NCBI GenBank assembly: GCA_963773945.1
Contig: CAVZDD010000005.1
Location: 768,503-832,502 of the forward strand
Direction of reading: 5' to 3'
Length of the DNA: 64,000 bases
Source: an uncultured Thermoplasmata archaeon
Lineage (GTDB): Archaea; Thermoplasmatota; Thermoplasmata; Lutacidiplasmatales; UBA184
A program made the position numbers and the translations under genes. Positions within the stretch are counted from its first letter, which is position 1. Each line of letters starts with the position of its first letter. Of this stretch, positions 46,487-55,805 are shown in pieces. The notes under the pieces were generated by a model. The model had not been told where the DNA came from. It did no database searches and was given only the letters and a program-made list of their open reading frames with translations.

Positions 46487-47593
46487 GTGTCCCGGTTATC
46501 GGGGGCGGCGACTCCCGCAGGCACCGGCCGGTTTGTTGAGCGGGCGGTCCAACACCACGAAATTCCGGCGACGCACTTCCGGGCGGCGCCGGGGGGTTTG
46601 CATCTCTCTTCGATGGGGCTGGGGACCTACATCGGCCCGCCGGACCGATTCACCGACGAAGCGGTGGAGCAGGCGACCCAACTCTGCTTGCAGTCCGGCC
46701 GGATCAACGTTCTCGATACGGCGATCAACTACCGGTATCAGCGGGCCGAGCGGTCGGTCGGTCGGGGTCTCGCTTGGGCCATCGATCATGGGCCCGTTCA
46801 ACGGGACGAGGTCTTCGTGGCGACGAAATGTGGGTATCTCGCCCCGGATGGCGAGTCGAAGACGCCTCCGGACCGCTGGGTCGAGACCGAGCTGGTCGCC
46901 AAGGAGGTGCTCGACCCGGCCGACATCGTCGACGACTGTCACGCGATGAGCGTCTCGTATCTCCGGGACCAGTTCGAACGCAGTCGGGTCAATCTGTCCC
47001 TGGAGACCATCGACCTCCTCTACCTGCACAATGCGCCCGACGCCCAGCTCCCCGTGGTGGGCCACGACGAGTTCGCGCGTCGACTGGTCGAAGCGTTCAG
47101 GTTCCTCGAGGAGCTCCGGTCGGCCGGCCGGTTGGGCGCGTACGGGCTGGCGACGTGGGACTGCCTCCGGACTGCCCGGGGAACGGCCGGTTACTTCTCG
47201 GTCGAGGAAGCGGTCACCGTGGCCCGGGGAGTCGGCGGAGAGCACCACGGATTCCGTTTCATCCAGTTCCCGTTCAGCCTCGGCATGCCGGAGGCCGCCG
47301 TCCAGCGGAACCAGACCGTGAGGGGCGAGAAGGTCACGCTGTTCGATGCCGCGCATCGGCTGGGTCTCGGTTGCTTTACGAGCGTGCCCCTCCTGCAGGG
47401 CCAGCTCGCCCGGGTGGGGCCGGTCTCCGATGGCCTGTCCGCGGCTCAGACCGCCATCCAATTCGCCCGGTCCGCACCCGGAACCATCGGACCGCTCGTC
47501 GGACAAAAGGAACCGGTGCATCTCGCGGAGAACCTCAAGCTCGCCGGCCGCGCGCCGTGGGAACCCCACGAATTCCAGAGCTACTTGGCTTGA
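46487..47593 (+). CDS. Aldo/keto reductase
   Basis: GLGTY, DTAINY, ATKCG and IDLLYLHN motifs. Confidence 0.88.
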   Translation: MSRLSGAATPAGTGRFVERAVQHHEIPATHFRAAPGGLHLSSMGLGTYIGPPDRFTDEAVEQATQLCLQSGRINVLDTAINYRYQRAERSVGRGLAWAIDHGPVQRDEVFVATKCGYLAPDGESKTPPDRWVETELVAKEVLDPADIVDDCHAMSVSYLRDQFERSRVNLSLETIDLLYLHNAPDAQLPVVGHDEFARRLVEAFRFLEELRSAGRLGAYGLATWDCLRTARGTAGYFSVEEAVTVARGVGGEHHGFRFIQFPFSLGMPEAAVQRNQTVRGEKVTLFDAAHRLGLGCFTSVPLLQGQLARVGPVSDGLSAAQTAIQFARSAPGTIGPLVGQKEPVHLAENLKLAGRAPWEPHEFQSYLA

Positions 47594-50262
47594 GACGGAG
47601 CCTCCCCCAACGCCACCGCGTCGAGGTCGGACAGTCGCCGGATCCTCCGGCGGCGCGGGGTTGGGGCCTGTGGCCCGGGGGGAGCGTGACTCGTAAGTGT
47701 CGATGGGGGGCCGGTTTCGGGAAGTCGGTCGATTTCCTCGATCAACGACACCCCGTCCTTCTTCCGTACCCGGACCACGCGGTCCGCGATTCCTTCGAGC
47801 TGGCGTTCGTGGGAGACGAGGATCACCTGCGGAAGACCGAGGCTCTCGAGCAGGTCTCCCATGCGGAGCGTCTGTTCCTGGGAGAACCCCTCCGTCGGTT
47901 CGTCCAGTATGAGGGTTTCGAGGGCGAGGCGGCCCGCGTCCCGGACCGTCCGGCCGAGCGCCAACCTGTAGGCGAGCGCGAGGGCGGTCCGTTCGCCGCC
48001 ACTAAGCGCTTCCGCCGGGGTGGGCTGACCCGCAATATCGACCCACGGAGCGAACGTCTCGTCGACCCGGGCGTTCAGGGATGGGTCGTCCACGAGCGCG
48101 GCGAAATACTGGGCGAACCAGCGCTCGAACTGGAGGCGCCCCTGCTGCAACCGTCGGCGCTCGAGCTCGAGCATCGCGTTCCGGAACTGTTTGTCGATCC
48201 AATCGGCCAAGCCGCGGAGTTCCGACGACTGACGGTCTAGCGCCTCCCGCTCGCGTAGACGTCGAGCGAGGTCTTCGAGGCGGGTCGTGGCTTCGACGGC
48301 CCGGCCGCGCGGCTCAACGGCGTCTCGAAGGAGCGACTCGAGGGTTTTCCCGAGCGCGTCCACGCGGGTCCGGCCGTCGCTCCACCTTTCTTCAAGGTCA
48401 TTGGGCGCTGGGAGTCGCGCCCTCGCGACGGCGATCTGGCCGAGGACCTCCGCCCGGGTCGTTTCTCGTTCCGCGGCATTCCGCGCTCGCGTGTCGATCT
48501 CGGCCTGAACCTCGGGAATCTGTCGCAGGAGCGCCGCCAAGCGTTCCTTCCGGGCCGCCAGCAGGCGGGCGTGATCTTCCGCCGCCCGGAGGTCCCGTTC
48601 GATGGTCGCGAGATCCGTCTGCGCGGGCTCGTAGGCGGTGAGCTGCTGCTCCAGCGCCTCGCGACGTGTGTCGAGAGCGGCCTTCTCCCCTTCGAGCTGG
48701 GACTCGAGCCGGTGTTCCGCCTCGCTCCGGAGGCGTACCGCGTCTTCTCGCTGCCGGAGCTCCGTCCGACGAGCGTGCAGCTCCACCCACCGGTCATGCA
48801 ATCGTTCGTGTTCGACCTGGGTCAACATTCGCTGATCCGCGGCGTGGAGACGTTGCGTCGCGGTCTCCACTTCGACCTGGAGGCCGCTGACGAGCGTTTC
48901 CTGTTCGCGCCGGTGCGCCTCGAACTCGGACGGCTCAACGGAACGGTGGCATCGTGGACACACGCCGTCTCGAACGATCTCCCCGAGTTCGCTGAGCTCC
49001 GCGGTGGCTGTCGCCCATCGGCGGTCGAAGTCTTGCCGCTGGTCTTCCAACTGGTTCCGCTCGGCCGCGAGTTGCAACGGGGCGCGGGGGTCGGGCGGCC
49101 GAGGTTCTTCGACGGGGGGGCTCGCATCGGCGCGCGCGCGGTCCGCTTGGACCTTTTCGAGTTCGTGTCGGGTCGCCTGGAGTCGTGCCTTGAGCTCTCG
49201 ATCCCGTTCGGTCCACAGGACGAGCTGCTCGGCCACCATGAAGGTCTGCCCGCGGAGTCCTTCCAGTCCGGAGAGTCGATGGGCGGCTTCGTCCCGACGC
49301 GTTCGAAGTGGTCCCACGGCGAGCGCGTTCTCCTCTTCCGAAGAGTAACCGGTGGATTCCCGGACCCGGTCGGCTTCGAGCCGCCCGAGATGTTCGCGCG
49401 CGGCCCCGACCGCGGCCTGGTCCTGCTGGATACTTCGCTCCAGTTCTCGCGCTAACCGCTCCTGGTGCGCGACCGCTTCCCGAACGGCGGCCGATTCCCG
49501 TCGCAGAACTTCGAGCTCTTCCAGAGAAACCCGGGCCCGGCGGACTTCGTCCCGCAGTTTCTGTTCCCGACCGTCCAGGGCCAGGATCTGCTGTTGCGCG
49601 ACCCCGGCCTGGTCCCTCCATCGGGCGGCCTCGTCCTCCACCCCGCGATGCCGGGCGGCCTGTTCGAGGAGCGTGGCCGCCCGTTCCTGGAGGGCCCGGG
49701 TCATTCCACGGGCGTTCTCCCCGGCGAGGCGGTACTGCTCGACGCCCAGGGCCTTCCGGACCGTCTCCATTCGGGCGTCCACGTCCGGGTCGAGGACATC
49801 CCGCATTCGTTCCTGGGCGAGATACACCGCCCACCGCCACACATCCGAGTGTGCTCGCGGGTTCGGATTATCCGGAAAACCGAGCAGTTCGATCGTGCGT
49901 CGCCGGAGTTCCGTGGCGGAGTACGCGGCGCGTTGTCCATCGACGGCGAGGGAATTCTCCGTGGGCTCGAAGGTATCCCGACCCTTTCGGGCCTTGCGCA
50001 CGAATCGACGGCGGAGTTCCCACCGATGGGTTCCATCGGTCAGCGTAAGGGACACTTCGGCGTCCTTCGCGCCGTGGCGCACCAAATATCCGGGGTCCAC
50101 CTCGGCAAATCCGAAGAGGGCCATTTCCATCGCATAGAGGAGTGAGGTCTTTCCGGAGCCGATGTCTCCCGTGAGCAGGGTGGTCCCCGGGTCGAGATTG
50201 AGGTCGGCCGTCCGGTAGCTTCGGAGGTTCCGGAGCCCGACGTGGGCGATCCGCATCGTCAT
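47581..50262 (-). CDS. rad50: Rad50 DNA double-strand break repair ATPase
   Basis: GDIGSGKT, coiled coil with CPRC hook, LSGGE and LDEPT. Confidence 0.93.
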   Translation of the reverse strand: MTMRIAHVGLRNLRSYRTADLNLDPGTTLLTGDIGSGKTSLLYAMEMALFGFAEVDPGYLVRHGAKDAEVSLTLTDGTHRWELRRRFVRKARKGRDTFEPTENSLAVDGQRAAYSATELRRRTIELLGFPDNPNPRAHSDVWRWAVYLAQERMRDVLDPDVDARMETVRKALGVEQYRLAGENARGMTRALQERAATLLEQAARHRGVEDEAARWRDQAGVAQQQILALDGREQKLRDEVRRARVSLEELEVLRRESAAVREAVAHQERLARELERSIQQDQAAVGAAREHLGRLEADRVRESTGYSSEEENALAVGPLRTRRDEAAHRLSGLEGLRGQTFMVAEQLVLWTERDRELKARLQATRHELEKVQADRARADASPPVEEPRPPDPRAPLQLAAERNQLEDQRQDFDRRWATATAELSELGEIVRDGVCPRCHRSVEPSEFEAHRREQETLVSGLQVEVETATQRLHAADQRMLTQVEHERLHDRWVELHARRTELRQREDAVRLRSEAEHRLESQLEGEKAALDTRREALEQQLTAYEPAQTDLATIERDLRAAEDHARLLAARKERLAALLRQIPEVQAEIDTRARNAAERETTRAEVLGQIAVARARLPAPNDLEERWSDGRTRVDALGKTLESLLRDAVEPRGRAVEATTRLEDLARRLREREALDRQSSELRGLADWIDKQFRNAMLELERRRLQQGRLQFERWFAQYFAALVDDPSLNARVDETFAPWVDIAGQPTPAEALSGGERTALALAYRLALGRTVRDAGRLALETLILDEPTEGFSQEQTLRMGDLLESLGLPQVILVSHERQLEGIADRVVRVRKKDGVSLIEEIDRLPETGPPSTLTSHAPPGPQAPTPRRRRIRRLSDLDAVALGEAPSQAK

Positions 50263-51557
50263 GGGGCGTCGGCCTCCGTCGCCGGGCGGCGCACCCCCAG
50301 GACCCGCAGACCCGCGTTCACCCGGGCCGTCCGATAGTCCTCCTTCGCCTCGCCGTCGCCGGGGGGGGTGCCGAGTTCCCGGACGAGCTCACGAATCCGC
50401 CGCGAGGCTTCCTCGGGGGAAAGGCCCGGAAGAGGGAGTGGCGTCAAGCTCCCGAGTGTCTCCAGCACGAGGTCCTCGAGCTGGGTCTCGGTCTCGGGCC
50501 CCGCGACCCGATCGCTCGTGCCGGGGGCGAGGTCCGCCACATCCCAGTGGACGCTCGCAGCGCCCCGAGCGGCGGCATCGGAACTGGAATCTTGGAGGCC
50601 AAGTTCCGCGGCCCGCGTCGCATCGCTCACGCCCGTCAGATGCGGGAAGAGGAGCACCCCGGGAACGGAGTGGGCCCGCACCTCGTCGCGGACCGTCGTA
50701 CGGGCCTCGTCGGCGGACTTTCCGGAAAGGTCGACATCGAACACGTCGACGCTTCCCGGACGGAGCGTCTCCACAAACTCTAGGGACGGAACCCCGGACC
50801 GGACCGTCACGACCACGAGACCACGGTGGCTCCGGCCGGCGGCCCCTTGGACGATGTCGGGAAGGCTAGTCCCGAAGACGGCTCCGGGGTTGACCAGGAG
50901 GCCCCCGGATGGTCCCAGTCCGGTGTAGCTGGCGTGGATATGGCCGCCCGCGTAATAATCCGCGTCGGGCGGCAAGTCGGCCCGGCTGACTCCCCGTACG
51001 TGTGCCTGGAGTCCCGGGGGAAGGTACTCTTGAACCGCGGCGTGGAACATGAAGACGTGGAAGCCAGGGGTTCGGACGTAGTCCGACGGGTCCATCGATC
51101 GATAGTATTCGCGGTCGAGTCCGTGAGACCGACCGGAGATCCCAGCGATGACGGCACCGGTCGGCGCGTCGATCAGGAACGGAAGCTTCCACCGTTCCTC
51201 GCCCGAACGGACCGCTTCCGGCGCGACGCGGACGAATAGTCCGGTTTCCGCAAGGACATCCAGCCAGCTGGTCCGATGGGCCACGTAGTCATGGGACCCA
51301 AAAATCACGTACACCCGGACCCCCCGGTCCGCCAGGTCGCGCAGGGCGGCGGCGATCGGAGCCACCTCGTCGGGGTCCGGCACCGGAGTGTGGAACAAGT
51401 CGCCCGAGATGACAAGGAAATCCGCGGACCGCTCGGTCACCGTTCGGAGCGCCGCGAGGACGCTCTCCCGGAGCGCGGCTCGTACCGCGGGGTCGCGCGG
51501 CCACGCGCCGACGTGCGCATCGGCGAGGTGCGCAAAGACGAAGTCTCGCGGGGCCAC
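50259..51557 (-). CDS. mre11: Mre11 nuclease
   Basis: ADAH, GDLFH, GSHD, MFH and GHIH motifs; overlaps the rad50 start. Confidence 0.92.
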   Translation of the reverse strand: MAPRDFVFAHLADAHVGAWPRDPAVRAALRESVLAALRTVTERSADFLVISGDLFHTPVPDPDEVAPIAAALRDLADRGVRVYVIFGSHDYVAHRTSWLDVLAETGLFVRVAPEAVRSGEERWKLPFLIDAPTGAVIAGISGRSHGLDREYYRSMDPSDYVRTPGFHVFMFHAAVQEYLPPGLQAHVRGVSRADLPPDADYYAGGHIHASYTGLGPSGGLLVNPGAVFGTSLPDIVQGAAGRSHRGLVVVTVRSGVPSLEFVETLRPGSVDVFDVDLSGKSADEARTTVRDEVRAHSVPGVLLFPHLTGVSDATRAAELGLQDSSSDAAARGAASVHWDVADLAPGTSDRVAGPETETQLEDLVLETLGSLTPLPLPGLSPEEASRRIRELVRELGTPPGDGEAKEDYRTARVNAGLRVLGVRRPATEADAP

Positions 51558-51567
51558 GGGACGCCCC

Positions 51568-52029
51568 CTAGGATCGTCCGCTACCCGGAGCTGTGGTCGA
51601 GGGGCGGGTCGGCGCAGAGGGTGCCGGCGCCTGGGCACGCTTCATCAGGGCGGCGAGGAGGCCGGCTCCGAGGGCCAGGAACAGCAGGCCTTCGCCCCAC
51701 GGGTCGAGATTTTCGACGGCCGCAATGGCGGCCGGGGTGACGGTCGTGGCTCGAGGGGGAGTCCGCGCTGCCATTCGCGACGCGGCGGAGGCGGGGGAGG
51801 CGGCCGCGGCGGCGAGGGCGTTGGAGCGCGCCATGAGGACCTGCACCTGGCGCCGTTGGATCGCAAAAAGCTCGGTCGCCTCCTCCATCGTGATCTGACG
51901 GTTCCGGAGTCGGCTCACGAGGTAGGGGTAGCGGGGGGCACCCACCGGCTCCTCGGCCTCCTCGACCGGGGGCGGGGGAGGAGGGGACGGGGCCGACGGA
52001 GGGTTGCCGCCGTAGGCTGGGTTGTACAC
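51568..52029 (-). CDS. Hypothetical protein with C-terminal TM
   Basis: Pro-rich N-terminus, LRNRQITMEEATELF, one hydrophobic segment. Confidence 0.65.
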   Translation of the reverse strand: MYNPAYGGNPPSAPSPPPPPPVEEAEEPVGAPRYPYLVSRLRNRQITMEEATELFAIQRRQVQVLMARSNALAAAAASPASAASRMAARTPPRATTVTPAAIAAVENLDPWGEGLLFLALGAGLLAALMKRAQAPAPSAPTRPSTTAPGSGRS

Positions 52030-52142
52030 AGACGCCTCGGAGGGTTCGATGCCTCGGTCCTATTCAAGCGTTCTCGGCCGGTCGGGGGTCGGCGTCCAGC
52101 GCGCGGGGAGGAGTTATAGGTGGATGCGGGCGTTTCTCGGCT

Positions 52143-52511
52143 ATGCCCCCTACCTCCGCTCCTTCGCCGCCGGACGATACCCCACGTCGCCACCTCCACG
52201 TTCGGCTCGCGGACGACCACGCCTCAATCTTCGACCACGTCACAGAGTACCTTCAAGAGGCTGGCAAGGCGCCGGATTGGTACTGGCGGACCGCCGGCCG
52301 GCTCGAGGGCGAGGAAGATGCCGAAAACCTGGAGGAGCTATTGTTCAGCGCGTTCGAGGCGGGCGCTTCGCTCGCCCACGACCATCCGGAGGAGCTGCGC
52401 TTTGATTGGGTGACCGACGACGAGTGCGAGCGCCAGCGGCAGGCCGAGGAGAAAGGCAACCAACGCGACGACGCCCGCAAGGAACGCACTTCGCTGAGTC
52501 ATTACGCGTAA
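52143..52511 (+). CDS. Acidic hypothetical protein
   Basis: TTATA box upstream; protein-like composition. Confidence 0.65.
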   Translation: MPPTSAPSPPDDTPRRHLHVRLADDHASIFDHVTEYLQEAGKAPDWYWRTAGRLEGEEDAENLEELLFSAFEAGASLAHDHPEELRFDWVTDDECERQRQAEEKGNQRDDARKERTSLSHYA

Positions 52512-52536
52512 ACCGTGTTCCGCCGGTGAAGGCGGA

Positions 52537-53322
52537 CTATTCGGACGCGGGTTCGTCGACCCGCCAGTGGAGACTCTGCCCCCCGTCGACCACCAGGACT
52601 TGTCCGGTGATAAAGCGCGCCAGGTCGGAGGCGAGAAACAGGATCGCGGATGCGATGTCGTCGGGACGTCCCCAGCGGAGCAGCGGGGTGGTCGCGCGGA
52701 TCCGTTCGAACGATGTTCGGTCGGTCTGCTCCGCCCGGGTCATGTCCGTCTCCACCCAGCCCGGCGCCACGGCGTTGACGCGGACCTCGGGAGCCATCGC
52801 CAGCGCCAGGCAACGCGTCAGCATCGCGAGGCCGGCTTTCGACGCGCTGTAGGGCAGCTCCTGGGTCGACGGGACGAGCCCCGAAATCGACGAGGTCGAG
52901 ATGAAGGTCCCTCGGGCTTCCCGGAGCGCGCTTTCGGCGGCCTGTGCGAGCTCGAACGGCCCGACCAGATTCGTCTCCAAGGTCCGGATCCAGGAGTCGT
53001 GGTCCACCGCTTGCAGCGCGCCTGGTTCCGCGATCCCGGCGTTGGCCACCACGATGTCGAGTCGCCCCTTCCAGCTCCGGCCGAGGGCGACGAGCTCCCG
53101 CAGCGCCCCCGGCGTCCGCACGTCGCTTCGAACCATCTCCGCTTCTCGGCCCATCGATCGAATCGCCTGGGCCACGGTGTTCACTGCCGTCTCGTCGCGG
53201 CGATAATGGAGGACGAGGTCGGCCCCCGCGCCCGCGAACGCTAGAGCGGTGGCGCGTCCGATGCCGCGAGAGCTCCCGGTAACGATCGCGACGCGCCCTC
53301 GGAGCGGGGACTCGACGCTCAT
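52537..53322 (-). CDS. SDR oxidoreductase (FabG-like)
   Basis: TGSSRGIG, NAG and YSASK motifs. Confidence 0.9.
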   Translation of the reverse strand: MSVESPLRGRVAIVTGSSRGIGRATALAFAGAGADLVLHYRRDETAVNTVAQAIRSMGREAEMVRSDVRTPGALRELVALGRSWKGRLDIVVANAGIAEPGALQAVDHDSWIRTLETNLVGPFELAQAAESALREARGTFISTSSISGLVPSTQELPYSASKAGLAMLTRCLALAMAPEVRVNAVAPGWVETDMTRAEQTDRTSFERIRATTPLLRWGRPDDIASAILFLASDLARFITGQVLVVDGGQSLHWRVDEPASE

Positions 53323-54071
53323 TCGAGACCGATGCCCCCATCGACGAGCAGGACGGCTCCAGTGATCCACGAAGCTTCGTCACTGAGCAGAAACCGTACT
53401 GCCGGGGCGATATCCGCCGGTTCCCCCCAGCGGCCCAGAGCGGTGACCCGCTCGACATGGTGCCGGAACGACGGGTCCTCGTGCCCGCCGCGATTCATAT
53501 CGGTCCGAATGAAACCGGGGGCGACAGTGTTCACCCGCACCTTGGGCGCCAGCTCGAGCGCGAGGGCTCGCCCCATTTGTTCGATCGCCGCTTTGGAAGC
53601 TTGGTAGGGAACGGCGCCGGGAGAGGCCCGGGTAGCCAGAATCGAGGAAACCAGCACGACCGCCGCGTGGGAGGACCGCTCGAGCAGCGGGAGCGCGCGC
53701 TGCACGGTACGGAAGGCACCTCGCAGGTTCGTCCCGAGCATGGCATCCCAGTCGACCTCCGTCACCTGGGAGGTGGCGGGTCCGGCGTACACCCCCGCGT
53801 TCGCCACCACGAAATCGAGCTGGGGAGACCACCGCCGGACATCCTGGAGCAGCTTCACCACCGCCTGGGGGTCGGAGACGTCAGCCGCGAACGTTCCGAA
53901 GGCCCCGGGAGCCGACCCCAAGGAGCGAGCAAACTCGCGAAACTCGGGAGAAATGGTCCGGGCCTGCAAAGCGAGACGCGCCCCCGCTCCCGCCAGGTCC
54001 CTCGCAATCGCCTGGCCGATTCCCCGCGAGGCGCCCGTAACGAGGCCGACCCGGCCCTCGAGCGAGAACAC
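53319..54071 (-). CDS. SDR oxidoreductase (FabG-like)
   Basis: TGASRGIG, NAG and YQASK motifs. Confidence 0.9.
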   Translation of the reverse strand: MFSLEGRVGLVTGASRGIGQAIARDLAGAGARLALQARTISPEFREFARSLGSAPGAFGTFAADVSDPQAVVKLLQDVRRWSPQLDFVVANAGVYAGPATSQVTEVDWDAMLGTNLRGAFRTVQRALPLLERSSHAAVVLVSSILATRASPGAVPYQASKAAIEQMGRALALELAPKVRVNTVAPGFIRTDMNRGGHEDPSFRHHVERVTALGRWGEPADIAPAVRFLLSDEASWITGAVLLVDGGIGLE

Positions 54072-54220
54072 GGTCTCCGCACGACCGACCCGCTACATCC
54101 GTTCTAGGGAAGGTTGAGCAGGCCCACGGGCTCCTCAATACTAATATCACGTCGAATGCCTAACAGGGGTAGATTCTCAGGCTGCGGGGGACGCGGCGTC
54201 CCTGAGGATTCCGAGTATCG

Positions 54221-55759
54221 ATGCCGGGCGCGCGGAAGAAGTCGGCTGTTCCCCAACCCGCTGCGCACCGGGAAGCTCCCCCCCCTTCCTCTGCTCCGCC
54301 CCCCTTCGAGAGCGTGGGGGATTGGCATCTTCCGACGGAGATTCGTCGCTTCTTCCGAAGCCGGATCGGCCAATCCCTTTTGATCCGCGGGGCGCCCGGT
54401 ACCGGAAAGACGACCTTCGCCCTGAGCCTGCTCGCCGGGCTGAAGACACCGGGGTTCTACGTTTCGACGCGGGTCTTCTATCCCGAACTCGTTGAGCACT
54501 ATCCGTGGCTTCAGGACCAACTTCCCGAGGACCACGTGGTCGACGCCGAGGCCCTGTGGCCGGGCGCCGAGGGCCGAAAGGAGTATTCGACGCTGATCCG
54601 ACAGTTCACCCAGATGACTCCTGAGTCGGAGGAATTCGCGCAGTTGGACCGGTTCCTTACCCTCCCGCCGGGAGTTCAGGAGGTGTTCAGCCGGTTGCCC
54701 GCGGGCGATCGCTCCGCCCTGGTAATCGATAGTTGGGACGGGCTCATCGAGCCGTACCTGGGGACCGCCGGGGAGCCCCTCAGCAGCGTGCACCGACTCC
54801 GGCTTGAGAACGCCCTCATCTCGGTCCTATCGAAGGCCAACGTCCACACGATCCTCATCAACGAAACCGCCGCGTTCACGGCGCTCGAGTACCTCGTGCA
54901 CGGCGTCATCGAACTCCGCCGGGACGACTACGAGGGGATGGTGCTGCGCGAGCTCCTTTACCACAAGTTACGGGGAGTGCCCCTCCATTCGAGTTCGATC
55001 ATGTACTCGCTCGAGGGGGCGCGGTTCACGGCGGTCCCCCGACGATTCCCCCGGGCCGACGATGTGCCGGTGGAACCGTTCCAGGTTCGAGAGAACCCGG
55101 CCTACGGCCTGTCGAGCGGGCTGGCCGAACTCGACCGAACGATCGGTCCCTTGGCCGCTACGATGCCCGTGCTCTTCGAGTATGACCCGCACGTGGAACG
55201 AAGCTCGCTCCGTCCCATGGTCGAGTACATGGTGGCCCAAGCCATCCGGAGCGGCTGGGAGGTGACGCTGATGGCGGACGCCCCCTTCTCCTTCGGCTCC
55301 TTCATCGCGGAGATGGAGAAACTGGTCCCCCGGGCGATGCTCCTCGAGCATCTCAACTCGTTCAACCCCCCCCCGCTGGTCGCGTCCGGAACCCCCACAC
55401 CCCCGGCGACGCGTCAACTGATCGAACAGCTCAAGGAATCGATCACGACCAAGTCCCTGGTCGCTATCGTGCTCAATTCCTTGGAGTCCGCGTTCGGTAG
55501 CCGGGCGGAGTTCGTGGATGCCGTCAACTCCCTGTCTAGCCGCGCTCACGAGCGGGGCGGGATCCTGGTCTACACCGTCGCGAGCTCGGTGGCCGGGCTG
55601 GACGAAATCGCCTCGGCGGTCCGGGGACACTTCCGTTTCATCAGTCACCGGCGCACGACGCTCATGTATGGGGTTCGGCCCTCCACGCCGGCACTCGCGA
55701 TGCTCACGAACAACGTCCGGGGCGAAGCGCCCAGCGTATGGCTGCTTCCCATTCGTTGA
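54221..55759 (+). CDS. KaiC/GvpD-like two-domain RecA-superfamily ATPase
   Basis: GAPGTGKTT, YVSTR, VIDSW and KLRG; second domain begins SSGLAELD with no Walker A. Confidence 0.75.
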   Translation: MPGARKKSAVPQPAAHREAPPPSSAPPPFESVGDWHLPTEIRRFFRSRIGQSLLIRGAPGTGKTTFALSLLAGLKTPGFYVSTRVFYPELVEHYPWLQDQLPEDHVVDAEALWPGAEGRKEYSTLIRQFTQMTPESEEFAQLDRFLTLPPGVQEVFSRLPAGDRSALVIDSWDGLIEPYLGTAGEPLSSVHRLRLENALISVLSKANVHTILINETAAFTALEYLVHGVIELRRDDYEGMVLRELLYHKLRGVPLHSSSIMYSLEGARFTAVPRRFPRADDVPVEPFQVRENPAYGLSSGLAELDRTIGPLAATMPVLFEYDPHVERSSLRPMVEYMVAQAIRSGWEVTLMADAPFSFGSFIAEMEKLVPRAMLLEHLNSFNPPPLVASGTPTPPATRQLIEQLKESITTKSLVAIVLNSLESAFGSRAEFVDAVNSLSSRAHERGGILVYTVASSVAGLDEIASAVRGHFRFISHRRTTLMYGVRPSTPALAMLTNNVRGEAPSVWLLPIR

Positions 55760-55805
55760 GCTCCGAGGGTTCCGCGCCGCGGGAGTTGGGCCCCGAGGAG
55801 TCGGC

